Shown: in pieces, positions 36,868 to 49,820 of the stretch | How the letters are laid out: each line of letters starts with the position of its first letter | How positions within the stretch are numbered: position 1 is the stretch's first letter | Origin: Trichoplax adhaerens | Lineage: Eukaryota > Animalia > Placozoa | Direction of reading: 5' to 3' | NCBI RefSeq assembly: GCF_000150275.1 | Contig: NW_002060964.1 | Coordinates: 301,643 to 365,642 of the forward strand | Length of the DNA stretch: 64,000 nt | Program-made: the position numbers and the translations under genes | Notes under the pieces: generated by a model | Told to the model about the DNA's origin: nothing | Seen by the model: only the letters and a program-made list of their open reading frames with translations | Database searches by the model: none

Positions 36868-39800
36868 TTATGATTTAAGCCCATTCTTTTCAAGATCTGT
36901 TCGAGGCTTTGGAACTGGTGCCGGCCCTACAGCATAATATCCACGATGAGTCAATCTAAGATCTTCCACGGAGGAAATTTTATTTCTCAAATCTTTAATT
37001 TTCGTATTTAAATGAGTTCCTTTCGTCTTTAATCCTTGGATATCGTTTTCGGTCTTTTTTAATAATGTATTACCATTTTTATATTCTTCTTCTAGGTTTG
37101 CAAGTTGAAGAAAACTTTTCCTTTTCTCTTTGGCATCTGTTATTACTTCTAGCTTTTCCTTTAATTCTTTCTCTTCCCGAAGTCGAGATTCTTGCTCTTC
37201 TTGTATTTTCTTTAGTTCCTCAGTTTTTATCTTTAGTAAACCCTGGTGTTCAGCAACAGCCTAAAAGATAAAAGATAGGCAATATATGAATCGATTGATC
37301 CAATATCTCCGAGTAGATATGATTCTGTATGAACACAACTTGATTGAAGTAGTTCAAAACCAAACTACGGTCTAGCCCGCAGTTGTATATTAAATACATG
37401 TTTTATAGAAGTTATGTGAAAGCATCTATGAATCTGTTTAGTATCATGTTAGGCTACAGTGCTGCATTTCAATATGATTGTAACACTATGTAGATAAAAA
37501 ATAGAGAGATAGGTCACTGTTATACCATAACTAGTATAGCAGAATCACAATTAGAGATTTTAACAACGCTCTTCACTATATACAATTTTAATTATTCATT
37601 TAATACAATATTATCCATTGATAGAAGATCGAGCTTTCTAATCAAGAAAGCAATTTAAGACTATAGCAATAAAAATTGATAAACAAAGATGAATAGTCAA
37701 TATGGACAAAGCTGAAATCAATACCTATATACTGTATAGTCTTTCTATAGGAGTTTAGATCTGTAATACCTGTTCTAAATCCGTCTTTTCTGCTTCCATT
37801 CGCCGTAGCATTTCTTCATTGACTAACTTCTTTTGTAGTAATTCTTCACTTTTCTTTTGCTCACGAGCTAATTTTGCCTGTTTTTCAACGTTGGATTCCT
37901 GTAATGCTTGTATTTCTTTGGCGTGGCTGTCTAATCTTTGTTTATGCTCTTGATTTTCCTAACGAAATAAGATGGATTAAATATGTTAAAGATGATTTCT
38001 TAGCGATTTTCTACAATCTATGTAATCTAAGTAGTTTATTTGACTACTTAGGTTGGGCTATTTTTCTGATAGAGTTAGCTAGTCTAGTGCATTGAAGAGT
38101 AATCATTTTCATAACACAGGCTCTCCAACTCTACCAGAGCCGATGGTCGAAGAATACAGTCATGTAGCTCTCATATTTCTCAGTTTTAAGATGTAAGAGG
38201 ATCGTTTACGTTATATTTATTGTAAACTATCAATCATTCTTATGTAGACAAATTAGTTATTCTGACTGCAATATTGAGAACACCAAAAGATTTTGCCTCC
38301 ATTTCTTATAATGCAAGGTACAGATGGTAACATTTACGTTTCTTTTACCTCCTCAGCCTTAAGTCGTATTTCTCGCTCAGCATGCAATTGCTTCTCAGCT
38401 AATTCGCGTTGCTCTTCAGCTTCTATGAGATTTACTTCAGCAACAGCACGTGCAACACTTTCCATTGCAAGCTAATAATAAGGAGTTAGAAAAAGATGAA
38501 AATAGCATGTTAGGCTACTTGATTATTATTAATATAGAATACTTATATTTTAAGATGGGTAATATCTAAAGACTATATGCGTATCTATGTCAAAAGCTCT
38601 TTATGGAATTTTCTGTAATTTGGAACCCAACAATTTTTGTAATACTATCAAAATGACCTTATTGCATCACACGATTAATTGTACAACTAAGTAAAGACAA
38701 CTAGAAAGAGCTAACTTCTTCTCTAATTCGTTCCATCACTTTCTCTACCAATAGGATTCTTAGCTATGCTCACAAGCAATATCAATTGTTTAGATCCACA
38801 CTAAATTTATTTACGCGTATATAACTATCGATCAAACAATAATATTTCTAAATAGAACACATCTCGCCTTATTAGTCGATATAGGTTAGTACGAATACCT
38901 CTCTAAACTACTTCTGAATATGAAAATTGTGCAATTTTGCTTAAACTATAAAGAAATGGACTAATGCAGTAGAGTAGTCCATTACTATTGATTAACCTGA
39001 AGAAAGTTGTAGATTATGTAGTTACATATCTCGTGAATTCTATCTAATTTGAAGAGTTAGAATAGACGAAAATTAAGGCTATAATGGTAGTGTACCGTAG
39101 ATATCGAATCGCGGACCATGCATGATTCACAGTATAGTCCACAACACAAAATAACACTTAGCCAAATTACACCCGTTTACACTCATATATATCTTAATTA
39201 TGTCAGATTTTAAACGATTAACATAAATGATGATCAAGATTTCAGCCAAGCAGCTGTAAATTTAAAAAAAATATCGAACTTTAGATCGATAATTACGAAT
39301 ATAAGCATAGTAAACAGTAAGATAGGCAATTTTAGATCGATTCTATTATTGCAGTATAGTCCTGTTTAAATACGAAACTACTGTACCATATATATTGTTG
39401 ATATATATCAGTTTGTAGTCATAATTCTTTTAAATTATAACAATTGTGAACTGTAAGACGTTTCATTTCAGATCAATTATATTACAAAATAGGCCTGATT
39501 AAATATGAAGTTATATATTCCTGTTTCAAGTCAATATGTAGTCGTAAGTCTTTTAAATTGTGAACTATAACAAAATCAATTGCAGATCGAACATGATATA
39601 TTACGGTATAATCTTGATTAATACGAAATTATGCATTGCTAGTATATGTCAGCTTGTAACCATAAGTCATTTAAATTAAAACAGCTATGAACTGTAAGAT
39701 ATCCAATTTCGCTTTAATTATAATATATGATAGTATAACCCGCATTAAATATGCAACTGTATAATTACTAGTTTGTGTCAGTTAGCATGCATAAGTCTAT

Positions 39801-42800
39801 TAAGTTATAGCAATTGTGAACTATAAGATATTCAATATCAGATCGATTATGGTATAAGCTTGATTAAATACGAAATTATGCATAGCTAGCTTCTATCTGT
39901 TGTAGCCATAAGTCTGTTAAATTATAGCAATTGTGAACTTTGAGATAATCAATTTCAGATCGATTATGATATTACAGTATAACCCTGATTGTATAATACC
40001 ACTAATCGTTCTCTTAGGTCGATTTGCAACCCTGTCTCTTAATTGGAGATTATCATGGTTGTAAACTGTGAGATTTCAACGATCGATTATTGTACAACAG
40101 TATAACTCTCACTACATAATGCTATCATAAGCTAGATTGTATCAATTTGCAGACACACATCCCTTAAATGATATCTAATTTTAATAGTTAGCATCAATGA
40201 CGATTGAGTCTCCAGTAAAATGGTTGGAAACTGTGAGATATCGAATTATTATACCACAGGATAACCTTCATTGTATAATACTTTTACGTTGCTAGCTTAC
40301 ATCAGTTTGTACTGTCAGTAAAGCTTTGTATTTAGCTTGAATTTCCTTCAACTGCAAAGCAGACAATTTGCCACGAGCCATTTCGCGATCGAGTTCAATA
40401 TGGATCTGAGCTGGTAGTTTCTTTTTTTGATTCGCTGCGATAGCAGTTTGAATTGCATATATCCAATCTATCTTTAATCGATAACTCACGGCATAAATAT
40501 CATAAACAATTCCAGTATTGTTGTCAGTCACAGCAAACCAATATTTCCCTCCTTCAGCTGGTTTGGATTCCACAGTAGTATACTGATTGATTGCAATACT
40601 TCCTAAAAGTATACAAATTACACAGAATAATTGAATGCTCTATTTGACGAATCTCAATAATGGACAATATCAAGATCAATTTATTCAGTTTAGATAGGGG
40701 TAATGAAAGCTAATGCTCATGGTAGCGTGGCTAAGTCACCGCAAAATACGGTTAGAGTGAGACTTATTTATATGGAATAAAGGAAAACGGTAAGTCTTAA
40801 TGAAGTAAGTTTTGATTATGGCTAATGTGATGAAATGGCTCACTTGTAGGGCTATCAACCATACACGACAAGGAGAATGAATAAAACTTTAATTTATTCT
40901 ACTGTATGAAATGAGAATTCTAATTTCCACATGCTGCAGTGCAAACAAGGATGACGTTGTAAAATATTGAAGTCAAAGATAGAAATAATTACAATTATCT
41001 ATCGCTTATGTTAAAATCTGCTGTACATCCATTCAAGAAAAAGCCAGATTGGAGAAGTTACTAACAGTCCTAGTAGTTGAAAACAGACAAACCTCTCTTT
41101 TCCCTCAAGTTTTCAGTATAATATTCTAGGACATTGTGCTTCAAGATGAAATAACGATCTCTAATACTAGTCATACGATGACCTCTCTTGCTTAGAAAGC
41201 CAACTTTAATAATATTTAAGACGTAAAAGTCATAAAGATTGCAGACAATTTCTTCGATTAATTCATCATCAACGCTAACCTATGCTCAATATCGAGGATA
41301 GATATTATGATTAGATCGAATGGCTAGATAGAATCGAATCATGGTTTGATGGATGTCTATAGCAGGATATTTGCAATTTACTTACAAATAAACCACATCC
41401 AAATTCATCAATCACTTTCCAGAAATCAGCTCGACGAGGATGCAAATAAAATTCATCGGCATTCCATTGCACACCGAGGGTGCGAGCAATTTTCTGAAAG
41501 ACAGGAACAAGATCAACCATAGCAATAGTGGTGCAATTCGTTTGATCATTGATGACATTGCAAATTTGCCACAATTTAAATAACTGATCCGCCTTAAGTT
41601 TTGTCACATTGTGGTCAGATTTATCTGTCAAGAAACAACATAGAATGAAATTGTGATCTGCAAAAGTTCAAGATGATCTTGGTGCATTAGGGTTGGACTG
41701 AACACAATATGAACTAGTGTAGAAACATTATGAAGGCTAGATGGTAACGGAAAGTTTAGACAAAACTAGGATTATAATATCATATTGCTGGTAAACTGAC
41801 CATGATTACGATAGAAATCCCAGCAAACTTTATAGAACTTGCTATCATCGAAATGCGGAATTCGATCCAGGCAGCATTCTTCTAAATATTTCTTCAAACT
41901 GAGGAAATCATATCGTTTCTGATCATCAGCGTAATTATATAAGCGATCGAAGGGGAAACCAGTGCGGAATTCACTCTCTATGCTTTGGCAAATCACAGAT
42001 ATTTGGCTATGGTTGGCTTTTCCTAATTAATGATAGTTGATATAGTTTAATCAATAATTAATTATCTCTTTAGAAATTGATTCTTTTACAATTAGTTTTG
42101 TATCAAGTGGTAAACTAATATTATTTGTTAATCATTCTGATATTTCCCGCTTTATAAAGATGAAATAAACGAGATTAATTTCGGTAGGCAATGGAGAAAA
42201 GTTTAGGCCACAAAGTTTATTGCTATTGTATAGAGGAAAAGCTTTACATGGCATACAATTAAAGATATAGGCGAATACAGTAGTAGGAAATGGAGAGGAA
42301 TAACTTAAGCCTAACCGTCAAATTATCTACTATCTGAACTAGCAAAGCTCTCTGTTTGGAGTTCTATATCATGGAAATCTGATGTGAGCAATCTTAAACT
42401 AGAGCTAAATAGATCGCAATCGCGGATCAATGATCGGAAAAGTTTTACATGGCTTGTAATAAATTCGAATTTAAGATGTAGACGAATATGGAAGTAGGCA
42501 ATATGAGAGGTGGCTAAGCGTAGGCATCGAATTATCTTCTATCTACTATATTAAGAAACTAATTTCCATATTTAGGATTTTATAATGTAGAAATCTAATT
42601 TGAGTTATATCGGACTCGACCAAAGATGAACCTTACACGGTTTGTAATCAATTAGAATTGAATATATAGACGTATACGGAAGTAAGCAAATGCGGATAGC
42701 TAAGCCTACACATCTATCATTTATCTTTCGAATTAATAGCAAATTCCTTGGACTAGAGATAAAATAGATCGCACAATGAATTAGGACGGCTTCTCTTTTC

Positions 42801-44307
42801 CTAGTGAATTCTTACTATTATTTCTTGCTAGTTAGAGATGGAATCAATGAGATTATTTTAAACGGGCCGTGAAGGAAGCTTAGGCTACAAAGTTAAAAGG
42901 CCAAGGTACACAGGAAAGGATTGACATGGCTTGGAGTAAGTTGGAAATGGAAGATAAAACCGAACATGGCAGTAGAAAATCGGAAGATAGCTAAGTGCCT
43001 AAATATCAAGTTACCTTCTATCGATTGTATTAATAACTCTATCGTAAATCTTCTCATGTAATAGTCTGATCTCAGCAATCTTGGCCTAGAGCCTTAGTAG
43101 ATCGCAATAAAGGACTGGGGTGACTTTTCCCTTCATAGTCAATTCTTATTATATCTCGCTGTCTAAAGAAGGATCCAACAAGATTATTTTCCATACAAAC
43201 GAAGGAACACTAGGCCGCAAAGAAAAAAATATTACCTGGTTTGTAGCATGGACTACTAGGAAAATACCAGCCTGTATGCTAAATGGAATCAATATAGACG
43301 AATGCGGAAGTAGGGAATATGAGGATATTAGCCAGGTTTAAACATTAAATTAATGATCTACAGCACTATGTGATCTTGCCAAGCTTAATCTAGTAACAGT
43401 AGATAAGATGTAGATAAGATGTAGATAAGCCGTAAATAGTATTGTACAGTACGATATCTAGGATTCCCCACGTTCTATGGCGCGTACACTATAATGGAAT
43501 GATAAATGACTAGATATGGGTTTTATGGATATGTTAAAAGCAACTTGATTCTTTGATACATAGATTTGCATTACAATCGAGTAACAAAGCTTTCAATGGA
43601 CATGTGAAATATCTTGGTGATTTCTATCTTTAAGAATCGAAAGATCATGATGATATCCTTATTTAAAGCACTGATCAGTTATCCTTGTAATATTGCTATA
43701 TATGAGTAGAAGAAAACTAGCTAAATATTGGATGTAAAGCGGATTCTACATCAGTTTTAAATTATGTATAAAATAACGTGATGATTGCTAATTTTGTCTT
43801 TTACTAACTCGATATCGCTCGAAACTATCTGATTCTTCCTGACTGTCATATAAGACCGATCATGAAGATACAGTTTATTTCTACAGCTCTATTATGACCG
43901 TAGAATATTCGTAAAGGATCGCTTTTTTTATAGACAGAACATAGGTTATCCATTTTGCGTGTAGGTAATAAATTGAATTTGCTTTATTTTGCAAATTGAG
44001 AAGGTATTGGCAGTACTTGGATTGCTCGTCAAAACGAAACAATTGCTGACTCTCCTTAACCCTTACAGAAAAAGTGATTTCGCTAACTAGGTGAGAGTGA
44101 TGACTCCATGATAAAAAACGAGTAGAAATTCATTGAAGTTTAGATTAAAGAATCGAATGATGATCAATCATCAGATAAAAACAAGTTATAGCCAGACTTA
44201 CCGTCATTACTTTCATCGTCAAGCACGGAAAAAGCATAAAGTAGAGCACGGGTCTGTACATCAGGCAAGTTCTTCAATTGCGATGTATTGTGAATAGTGG
44301 TGGTCAT
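36868..44307 (-). CDS. SWAP70: SWAP70/DEF6-family protein (EF-hand-like N-terminus, PH domain, coiled coil), ~8 exons
   Basis: RALLYAFSVLDDESNDGKANHSQISVICQSI ~ SWAP70 [49 protein letters not shown]; PH domain IIKVGFLSKRGHRMTSIRDRYFILK...DWIYAIQTAI; E/K-rich coiled-coil exons; ATG 44307, TAA 36868. Confidence 0.88.
39280..40280. repeat. Intronic degenerate tandem array, ~8 copies of ~120 bp
   Basis: ttcagatcgattat..tattacagtata..c.tgattaaatacgaaattat...gtagccataagtc..ttaaattatagcaattgtgaact recurring. Confidence 0.9.
42180..43350. repeat. Intronic degenerate tandem array, ~5 copies of ~200-300 bp
   Basis: ttacatggc...atatagacgaatacggaagtagg.aat...gctaagcct...aattatc and atagatcgca recurring. 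Confidence 0.75.
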
Positions 44308-44416
44308 GATTTCGTTGATATTCCGATGGGGTGAAGTTGGAAAGCTTATAAGAGGTATAAGGAATCAATATTAGATTAAATCAACACTAAAATAAGGATA
44401 GAAAGAGAATTAATTG

Positions 44417-45452
44417 GTTTCCGTCAATCGCCAAGGATCGTCTTGTTGGAATACTGGCAATGGATGCAACAAGTTATTTAGGCAATATCAAATTACAATC
44501 TGCTGATAGAGAATACAATTATGGCCTACAGCGATGATTGATGAGTGGAAATAGACATCAATATGATGGGCATAGCATTGGTATGACAAGATGGGATGCT
44601 TACCGTTTTGTAATTTAGTGGAACCCGGAAGGTCGATGACTGTCAACAGCAGGAAAATAAGCTCGCAACGATTCATAAATAGACACTTTTTATTCCAATT
44701 CATAACAATAGCGCTATTTATATGGATACATCTTATGAATAGTTTGACAGGGCAAAAATGGGTTGTATCCACACCGAATAGACTGTCCATTTTACTACTC
44801 GATGGATGTTGCCTAGATTCGATAAAGTTTTAGTCTAATTGATTACCAATAAGGAAGTAGGCGAGAAAATCAATTGGTTACATAGCTTATTATTTTGTCG
44901 TCGTCAATTTTAGAACGGTCTTTGTCATGCTAAAAGAATAAGAATATGTTGCAGTAGTGAAAGGAACTTGATAATGGTAATAGAAAGAGTGCACTCCTAT
45001 TGACATGCAAATAACTGGATAGAAGTGGGATAATTGGCTTTATAATGGCCTTAGTCATCTTTTATATTCTTTAATTCTTGGAAAATGATCATTGAAATTC
45101 CAATTCACTGTCAACAGATGCATTATCGTGGCAGGACTGGTTACAGTCGAAGGGAAGACGTGCCATCGCTTAACCTGAATCCATTACCTTGAATGACAGT
45201 ATTCTCAGGCTAATCAGGAATAATCCTTGACTACTTTGATGAAATAAAACTCCCAATATCAGGAAAATTTAGCTTGGATTTTAGCAATATGAGGCTACCA
45301 GTGGACGATGATGGAATCAATTACTCGTACAGTCTAGTCTTGCCCATTTTCGCCCAGAATCGTCATCTTAAAGACGGGATGCAAGTTGGATACACCAATA
45401 GTGTAGAAAACAAATACGGCAACACCTTAAGAATCATTATTGTGCCATAAAT
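44417..45452 (+). pseudogene. Decayed multi-C-type-lectin-domain gene
   Basis: Fragments in CTLD order: WNTGNGCNKLFRQYQITIC; WYDKxGC/YRFV..W..EGR/DDCQQQENKLATIH; FIWIHLMNSLTGQKW; DWL/VEGKTCHRL...YSQANQE; YQW/DDGINYSY; SWIHQ*CRK..HYC; many stops and frameshifts. Confidence 0.4.
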
Positions 45453-45779
45453 TCTGGCTTTAATCGCTTCTTGATTACAACTGATGTATTCAGCTCGATC
45501 ATGGAGAATTCATCAATAAACAATAGCTTTATCAATCAAAAGAATCTCATAAAAGGACTCCATTGCCACCGTAGATGTACTAATTATCTTCTTCTCGCGT
45601 TGATGATTAAAACTATATTTGAAAGGCCTTTATCATTTATGGACTAATTTAGCGCAACAGGCTACACGAGATAGAGGCGTAGCTAGACTAGAAGTATTGA
45701 GGGGAAATTCTTGTCATCTTATTTATAAATGGCAACCATGAGCCTATTAAAGCATTACAAGGGTACGATCAATTTTCTA

Positions 45780-46480
45780 CATAGACAGTTTAGTCTCGTT
45801 TTATGGAAGAGTAAGATGGGGCTAACAAGAGGCATGTTGATTCATTTCATCCAGTTTTTATTTTAGTCGATGGATAAAGTCGGGCTAATACCGTAAGAAA
45901 TACCGGTAGTCTTAATTCATTTGCAGTTTAGTATACTCGTATGGATAAGAACTATAGTAGAGCCTGTTTTTATAGACAGAACAAGATGAGATTATTAAGA
46001 GCAACTTGGATTTATTTTGGAGCTCAAAAGTAGATGAAAAGTGCTATCTAAGTCTCATTTCATCTCAAGAGTAGAGTGGGATTAACAAAGGCCGCTTGTA
46101 TTTATTTGAAGCTTCAAAGTGGATAAATGGGGTAGTGAGTCTTGTTTTGATTTCAAGAGTAAAGTAGAGCAGTGTTGATTCATTCGGAATTGACTACATG
46201 GATAAATAGAAATCTTGGGAGTTGCTTTTTATTATAATATTATGATTATCATTAAAGAACGGCCGATAAAATGAGGCTAATTGAGACCAATGCTAATTCA
46301 GTTCAAATTGAAGAATGGAAAAGTAGTAACAATCGAGCTGTCTCTTTATTTAAATGTAACGAGTAAAATATGGATTCATTAGAAGCTTAAAAATGGACGG
46401 TCGAGTCTGTTCAAATTGCCATAAAATGTGAGTCAAGAAAGGAATATTGATTTATTTTAGCCTTTGAAAGTCTTGACTCA
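45780..46480. repeat. Highly degenerate tandem repeat region
   Basis: agtct(c/t)(g/a)ttt...aagagta(a/g)a.tggg.taacaa..g...ttgattcattt recurring imperfectly. Confidence 0.5.
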
Positions 46481-47628
46481 TTAGCTATTCTAAATTGTAT
46501 GAAATGAGAGTAGAAAGTGATTAATCTATTACACAGTACAGAGCAATTATATTCAATACCATAGATCATGAATAAACGAGGACTACTAATAACCTATGTC
46601 TTCCTCTAGTAGTCCTTGGAATAAGTGAGAAAGGTAGAGATGGTGCCAGTAAGGGAGGTGTGGTTTCTTCTGAATTACGCAACTCATTATAAATTACAGA
46701 ACAACATTTACTTTTGCTTAATAATTTAAAATAGAATCTTGATTTTAGCCTGGACTATACCTATGCCAGAGCCTTGATCAATAATTACTACACCATGATT
46801 GATAAATGGCCCGCAATTAGGTCTATCAATCAATACTCGGTAGGAAATGTAATTTCGATCCATGCTGTTGCTCTAGGGGTTAAGTAATTCATTGGGCTAG
46901 CCTATACATTATCATTGCATTTTTACCATCGTTGGGAAAGTTGAAGCATACTGTCATCACCAAGTGCAGTCTTCTTGTAAACTGAGCTATCAACGAATAA
47001 GTCTATTATAATATTTTTAACTCCAGTAATTGCTTGTATTCTATAATTACTTTTCTACCCTGCTGCTTCTCAAGTAACTCAACCAAATGTCGAAGATAAA
47101 GAATTCTTATCGTATTAGTCTTCTAGTCTATCTCGATTTCGATATTCCCGTAACCTTACCCTTAATTGATATTCAGCAGTGTTCTTCTTTATTAGTTAAC
47201 TTCCGCCTAGTTTACCGAGGCGGAAATATCAATCGTTAAAAATGGGCATTATATGTGGAGTTATTTTTCTACTCTTCGAAACATAACCAGTTACAAAGTA
47301 GATCAGTACTGAATAATGGCTTTGTTTTCACCTTGATCGACATCTCCATTTCACAATGTTTTGCGATGTTCAAATTATTTCCAATTCCGGCCAATTACCT
47401 TTAAATAATATTTAATCGGTTACGTATCTCATCTTGTTTATTCAGTGAATACCAATAATTATGAGTAATCTTTTCTACTGTAATAGTAGAGCTTTATTTG
47501 AATGAAAGTCATAACGTATTATCATATATATTCGTTAATTGAATTTAACAGCATTAACATCGAATTAATGATTATTTAGTGAACAGTAAAAGCTATTGCT
47601 TCCATCATTAGAGATCACTTATAGTCAA

Positions 47629-47769
47629 GATATGGACTGATATGATTGAAATTTTGAAATGGGTTACTGCTGCAGCTAGACCTGATTGATGAATGTGTGT
47701 TAGGGTTAGGATTAGGGATATGGGACCGACATGATTGAAATTTTGAAATAGCTTACTGCTACAGCTAAT
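47629..47769. repeat. Two ~52-bp direct copies flanking TTAGGG-TTAGGA-TTAGGG
   Basis: gatatgg(g)ac.ga.atgattgaaattttgaaat.g.ttactgct.cagcta occurs twice; telomere-like units at 47700-47717. Confidence 0.85.
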
Positions 47770-49820
47770 ACTTCCTGCCTTCTTAAGTATAAATCTTTAC
47801 TATGAGTTAAGTGTTGTTTCCTTAGTGGCATCAATCTTTCGCTTTGGAATCCTTTTCATGTTTACATCACTGCTATCATAAAGCCTTACATTGCTTACTA
47901 TGATTTGCAACAAGGAATTTAAACTACCTACCAACAACCTGCCACATTTGCCTTCCTAAATATAAATCTCATCGCTTTTCTTGTTGAGATGATATATTTG
48001 CAGATCATGTTGGCTCTGTCATCTTCCAATATACTGTAGCATCTTAGCAACTTACAATAGCTCAGCGCAATAATTTTCATAAAGGCGTAAAACAATTCTT
48101 GGAAGTAATATTTTAGAGAACTACTCAATCAAGTTGTTCTAGGTGATGACGTAAGTCCAACGCGTAGTTGACATCGCTAAATTATACAACTATATAGGAT
48201 AAGTGATGGAATCAGAGTTAGCCAATATAAATATACAACGGAACTATGTTGTGAGGTTGATAGATCAAGAATCTTCAAAACTTTAGAAAATTAAGATTTA
48301 TTGAACAAAACCTCCTTTACGAAGATACAACGTAATTGATTAGCTGAGGACCTCTAACGAGAAAGAACTATCTTGCTATACTAACTACTCGCTTATATAC
48401 TTTTCCGCGTTTACAGTCTTAGCACCTTACTTACTACACACTTCAGTATTAGCATCTCAAATACAGGATAGTTTACACCTTTCATGTGAAGCTCTAGTGT
48501 GAGCACTGTAGCGCTCCTCTTCAAAAGGATTACAGTTACTAAGCTAGCTATATTTAATACTTAAGCCTCTAACGAGAATATCTATCACATGTTGAACACA
48601 ACACCTACGGTAGACATTACTAAATATATCATCAACTTAGAATACAATAATACACTGTCTTACAGTTGTCTATTCATGTTCAACAACTGCCGCGGTAGAT
48701 TAAAGAATGATGGAAGAGTACAAATTAATAGCATTGCGTTTTAGATAATACTAGTGCAAACTCCCGTCGCTTTACTGACGGTTTACGATAATGTGCTCAT
48801 TTAACAGAGGTTCAGTAACTTTATACCTTATACTGTACAGCAATGAATATCTCCTGCTTGAACTTCAATTCTACTCGCGGCAGCATGCTAACATACGCGT
48901 ATGAATATGATGGTAAATTTAACTCTAGGCCTTTCCTAGAAAAGTTACACTTTACTCTTTTTTGCTTCATTGTAGACAAATCAACAGACAAATCCGATAA
49001 ACAGACTAGCTAGAAGCTGCAGAATGATTGCAATATGTTGTCGTAGCAGGACTACTCGTCATAGATTGAATTGTATAAAATACCATATTTCGCTATAAAG
49101 AAGGAATTGCACTGACCATAACGTTACTTTACAATTCTTTTCTATCAAGTACTGTATGTGCAGTAGATCGTAAGAAATTATCTACTACATCAAATGCAAT
49201 CTGCGTTTCCTTAATAGCTATTATAATGGCATAAAATTTCATGCAAAGATCCACAGTAATACAAATATCAAGCTTTTAGTTACCTTGTTTTTATATGACC
49301 ATATCGTATCATAGCTATGCGTCAAGTTATAAATTGCACTTTCTTCGATATATGTGGCAAAATAACAAATTACAGTACATTATAAAATATGATCTACTCA
49401 AATCAATCCTTCGAAATCATCCCCGTTGAGAATATGATATTCTTCTAGACGAATTTAAGCTAACACGAAAACTAACACCAAGTAACAAGCACATTTCATT
49501 TGTTTAGTCAAATGATAGCTACATATGAAGAACGTAGTATTCTTAATTAACTAAAGTGTTTAAAATAATTAATTTTTAAAATACGATATTGGTAGGAATG
49601 TGCTTAGTAAGCTACATCATACAATTACTGTACAGATGTCTCCTTTCAAGCTTTAAATGTATTCTACAAAAAGTTCTTATTGATGCTTTGATTTGAAGTA
49701 ATCAAGATTTCCAAGTAGATAGCTTAGCAACTTAGAAATCGTAGTAATATAACTGGTACTACAAAAGTAGAGAGTGTTAATCATCAAGGACAGGATTGCA
49801 AGCAGAAAAATACCATTGAC

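Noticed and set aside
44735-44815. QGKNGLYPHRIDCPFYY resembling a chitin-binding CBM14 domain
   Set aside because: Bounded by stops, lacks the other cysteines, and the overlapping frame fits the C-type lectin order better
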